Positions 60,698 through 64,000 of a stretch of 64,000 nucleotides of DNA are shown here, in pieces. Position numbers and translations under genes: made by a program. Within the stretch, counting starts at the first letter, position 1, and the number at the start of each line of letters is the position of its first letter. The notes below the pieces were generated by a model. It was not told the DNA's origin, ran no database searches, and saw only the letters and a list, made by a program, of their open reading frames with translations. Origin of the DNA: Nitrospirota bacterium (GTDB lineage Bacteria > Nitrospirota > Nitrospiria > 2-01-FULL-66-17); the NCBI GenBank assembly GCA_049325335.1, contig JBMOMC010000001.1:564193-628192 (forward strand). The letters run 5' to 3'.

Positions 60698-61572
60698 ATG
60701 ATCGCACCATCTCATGCGGAAAGCAGTACCGAACCAGTAATGGATTCGGCTGACGAGTCCAGTGGCATATCGCGATTCCTTGTCCGGAAGCCTTGGGTTG
60801 TCGTCATAGCTGTTCTGGTTCTTTGGGGGATCTTCGGATGGGTTCCGTACTTCCGGGGAGTGAGAGGCGAATTCGGTGATGTCTTTGGTGCTGTGAACGC
60901 TCTGTTTTCGGGTCTTGCATTCGCGATGATCATTCTCACGATCTTATTGCAGAAGCAGGAGCTCACTCTCCAGAGGCAAGAACTCACACTGACACATGAG
61001 GAATTGAAGGGGCAGAAAGAGCAGCTCGCAATACAAAACGTCACGCTAGCCCGACAGATGACGGAGAACACCTTCTTTGCGTTATTGCGACTCCATCATG
61101 AGACTGTCAATCTGCTCCGGTTAGGCCCTCCCTTTGCGTCTAAAGGAGCAATCGGGGTGGAGTGTTTTGAATCTTTCGGCGCGAGCTTTTCGGGGCAATT
61201 CCTCATTCGCCAAATTCACCGAAAGGGGAACGCTACCAAACGATCAAATCAGGATGGAGAAGCTTTCACGGAGGGTATCAGCAATACATCGGCCACTATC
61301 TTGAAAACCTGTACGAAATTCTCCGGTTTGTCGACTCGCGCCTCGAGAATGAACAGAGATTCTTCGCGAACCTCCTCCGTGCACAGCTATCGTCCAATGA
61401 GATCATCCTGCTCTTTTATATGACCGTCACTGATAGGGACGACGGCGGAAGATTTTACCCGTTGATCAAGAAGTTTCGAATTCTTGAACATAACATCCCA
61501 ATGGGTCGTCTAGCGTCGCCACAGGATGTCGAGATTCACTCCGACCTTCTGCAAGCCTCCGCGGAGTCGTGA
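60698..61572 (+). pseudogene. Putative abortive-infection (putAbiC-like) membrane protein, frameshifted near 61175
   Basis: N-terminal GEFGDVFGAVNALFSGLAF...ENTFF; an alternative frame continues GHYLENLYEILRFVD...ANLLRAQLSSNEIILLFY...LIKKFRILEH to TGA 61572. Confidence 0.75.
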
Positions 61573-61624
61573 CGCACCACCAGGTTCGGATTCCCGTTGG
61601 CGTATCGTTGTCCTCAGGGTCTTC

Positions 61625-62029
61625 ATGAACTACAGGGGATCAAGCCAGCAGCTCTTGCGAAATGCGAACGCAGCGATGCTTGCTGCAATCGAGATCTATA
61701 ACAAGCCCCGCTTCGATTACCGAGAGGAGTGCTGCGTCATTCTGCTCCTGAACGCCTGGGAACTGGCCTTGAAGTCGCTCATTTCGAAGAGTGGTAAATC
61801 GCTCTTTTATCCTAAGCGTCGGAAAGAGCCGTATCGAACATTGTCTTGGCGGGACGCGTTTGGGCAGGCAGAGTCATTTCTCCCAAAAGAGCTGCCTCCA
61901 CTGCCTTTGAGGCGGAATCTTGACCTGCTCAGCATTTACCGGGACCATAAGGAACATGCTGAGGGTCAGGTTGTAATAACACATTACAGACCGCTTCGCT
62001 CTCAACCACTGTTTGCTTACAGGGCCTGA
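61625..62029 (+). pseudogene. Truncated DUF3644-like protein
   Basis: AMLAAIEIYNKP.F.YREE...LLLNAWEL signature; homology appears to stop at IYRD (~61946), just before an inverted-repeat element. Confidence 0.6.
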
Positions 62030-62035
62030 CCCTCA
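61960..62035. repeat. Short element with 11-bp terminal inverted repeats (REP/MITE-like)
   Basis: TGAGGGTCAGG ... CCTGACCCTCA, with additional GTAA/TTAC pairing inside. Confidence 0.55.
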
Positions 62036-62074
62036 CTTTCTTGGCCGTGCGCGCGGGCTCGTGGCACTATGCGG

Positions 62075-62491
62075 CTAGCGCTTGGCCCTGAGCGCCTTTG
62101 CCGCCTTGTTGACGTGGGGCTGTTTCACCCACAGGATGGCCCCAAACCGGCCTTTGCCCGCGGCAACGGCATCGATGGCGGTGACGTTGATCTTGGCCTG
62201 AGCGAGCGTGGACAACACCGCCAGAACCGCTCCGAGCTTGTCATCGCCCACGACCAAGAATCCCGTTTTCCGGGCGCTCAATGGGATCCCGGCGCGTTTG
62301 GCCGCTGCCTTGAGCGCCGCGCTGTTCTCCGGGATGAAATCGATCTGAGCCTGACGGCCGCGGGGAAACCCGGTGAACGCCAACAAATTGACCCTGGCGT
62401 CCTTCAGGGCGCTCAGGAGACGGACCGCGGTTCCCGGGCGGTTCGGTGCATCCATGGAAAAGTAGTCGACCTTCCGAACGGTGTGTGCCAT
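62075..62491 (-). CDS. ACT-domain-like small protein
   Basis: Duplicated ACT-like motifs NRPG...VNLLAF and DKLG...INVTAI; GGAGG RBS. Confidence 0.65.
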   Translation of the reverse strand: MAHTVRKVDYFSMDAPNRPGTAVRLLSALKDARVNLLAFTGFPRGRQAQIDFIPENSAALKAAAKRAGIPLSARKTGFLVVGDDKLGAVLAVLSTLAQAKINVTAIDAVAAGKGRFGAILWVKQPHVNKAAKALRAKR

Positions 62492-62695
62492 GAGGTCCCT
62501 CCGTGGAAAAAGGGTGGACAATCCCCGCCGTTGGTATCACAGCGCGCAGGAGAACTCAAGGCCGACCGCGATGACCCATGCGTCACGAAGGAAACGGATG
62601 AGGGGTCGAACTGACCGTCGCCGTTCACCGCCAGCGCTCTGGGCAAAGCCGGATTGAACCAGGCATAATGTCAGTCACGTTTTGACGGAGCGCGT

Positions 62696-63328
62696 ATGGA
62701 TCCCAGTTTTTGGCACCAACGGTGGGCTAAGAATGAGATTGGCTTTCACGAGCCCAAGGCCAACCCGCTACTAGTCACGCATTTCAAAGAACTGTCTCTT
62801 CCAACGGGCTGTCGAGTCTTCGTGCCCTTGTGCGGCAAAACGCTGGACATCGCGTGGCTGCTGTCCCAGGGCTATCGTGTGGCGGGCGCGGAACTGAGCG
62901 AGGTGGCGATCACGCAATTATTTGCGGACCTCGGGGTGGAGCCGCAGATCTCAACCAGTGGCGCGCTCACGCACTATCGAGGACCCGATCTCGACATTTT
63001 TATCGGCAACATCTTTGATCTGTCCGGCCGCGTGCTCGGCAGCGTCGATGCCGTGTATGACCGGGCCGCGTTGGTGGCGCTCCCCGAACCCATACGCCCT
63101 CGTTATACGGCGCACCTCATGGAGATCACGAATCGCGCGCCGCAGTTGCTCATTTCCTACGTGTACGACCAACGCGTGATGGACGGCCCGCCGTTTTCGG
63201 TTTCGAACGAGGAAGTCACGCAACACTATGGACGCCGCTATGACGTCCGTCTCATCGCCAGCACCGATGTGCCCGGCGGATTGAAGGGCAAGTGCGCGGC
63301 CCAAGAGAACGTGTGGCTGTTGCGGTGA
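62696..63328 (+). CDS. tpm: Thiopurine S-methyltransferase
   Basis: FWHQRW..NEIGFH, VFVPLCGKTLD, YDRAALVALP and GPPFSV motifs. Confidence 0.93.
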   Translation: MDPSFWHQRWAKNEIGFHEPKANPLLVTHFKELSLPTGCRVFVPLCGKTLDIAWLLSQGYRVAGAELSEVAITQLFADLGVEPQISTSGALTHYRGPDLDIFIGNIFDLSGRVLGSVDAVYDRAALVALPEPIRPRYTAHLMEITNRAPQLLISYVYDQRVMDGPPFSVSNEEVTQHYGRRYDVRLIASTDVPGGLKGKCAAQENVWLLR

Positions 63329-63404
63329 GAATGACTTCTCTTCGGTTTAGCCACCCCGCACTCAACTACATCTGAGCGAGCCCCGATTTCCCGGCCCTGC
63401 CGAC

Positions 63405-63451
63405 TTGACTGCTCACCACGTCGTGGCAGATAATTCACCACGACGTGGTGA
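63405..63451 (+). promoter_or_regulatory. Sigma70-like promoter overlapped by a double palindromic operator
   Basis: TTGACT-N18-GATAAT; 14-bp inverted repeat TCACCACGTCGTGG / CCACGACGTGGTGA flanks the -10 element. Confidence 0.65.
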
Positions 63452-63452
63452 T

Positions 63453-64000
63453 ATGTATCCCCGCTACCTCAAGGAACGGCTCGACGCCGCGCTGGCGGAC
63501 ACGCCGGTCGTCTTATTGACCGGCGCGCGTCAGACCGGAAAAAGCACGCTCGCCCACGCCCATGCGGCCGCGACCGGGGCCGCCTACGTCACCTTCGACG
63601 ATCCGAACGTGTTGGCGGCGGCCAAAGACGCCTCAGGGTTCATCCGGAGTCTGGGCGAACGGGCCGTGATCGATGAGGCGCAGCGGGCGCCGTGGTTGTT
63701 TTCGGCCATCAAGCTGGCCGTTGATCGCCACCGCCGCCCCGGGCGATTTCTCTTGACCGGCTCGGCCAACGTGCTGATGGCGCCGAGGGTGTCCGACTCG
63801 CTGGCGGGACGCATGGAGATCCTCCAGTTGTGGCCGCTCTCCCAGGGGGAGATCCTCGGGCGCAAAGAGCGGTTCATCGGCGCGCTGTTCGGCGGCCGCG
63901 AGTGGTCCTTGCTGCCGGCCAAACCCGGGGACGGCGACCTCCCGGGCCTGCTCACACGCGGCGGGTATCCGGAGATGGTGGCGCGGCCCGAACCGGCGCG
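63453..64000 (+). CDS. AAA+ ATPase (AAA_14/DUF4143-type), runs off the window end
   Basis: MYPRYL...TGARQTGKST, IDEAQR, FLLTGSAN, DSLAGR and GGYPE motifs; open to the window end. Confidence 0.88.
   Translation, partial: MYPRYLKERLDAALADTPVVLLTGARQTGKSTLAHAHAAATGAAYVTFDDPNVLAAAKDASGFIRSLGERAVIDEAQRAPWLFSAIKLAVDRHRRPGRFLLTGSANVLMAPRVSDSLAGRMEILQLWPLSQGEILGRKERFIGALFGGREWSLLPAKPGDGDLPGLLTRGGYPEMVARPEPA

Overview
GC-rich bacterial chromosomal window, probably Nitrospirota-like (inference from the F1-only atpHAGDC operon, the L34 sequence and the gene context). It holds a core origin-associated housekeeping backbone: rpmH-rnpA-yidD-yidC-mnmE, mnmG-rsmG-parA-parB-bactofilin with two parS sites, mnmA, atpHAGDC, tig-clpP-clpX, rph-rdgB and five tRNAs. 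dnaA is not next to rpmH. Accessory modules include: (1) a triple-GAF FhlA-like sigma54 activator followed by visible palindromic enhancer sites, a -24/-12 promoter and a small ORF-STAS-RND efflux operon; (2) a decaying ECF42-type YciI/VOC cluster; (3) a ttuB-ttuA-trmI tRNA T-arm modification operon; (4) a tandem kinase/pseudokinase; (5) a PEP-CTERM gene and a dead BrnT/BrnA pair splitting mnmE from mnmG; (6) a FadL channel translationally coupled to a three-kinase phosphorelay; and (7) a decayed defence islet. The best candidate for an undescribed system is 39761-43877. It encodes a LolA-like protein, a Cache-HAMP-GAF receptor with no output domain, an ECF sigma factor and a zinc anti-sigma factor whose extracytoplasmic tail carries a CxxCH heme-c motif. 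A ~126-bp structured repeat family occurs in three copies, and sigma70-like promoters seem biased to an 18-bp spacer. All family assignments come from motif recognition by eye; no database searches were run.
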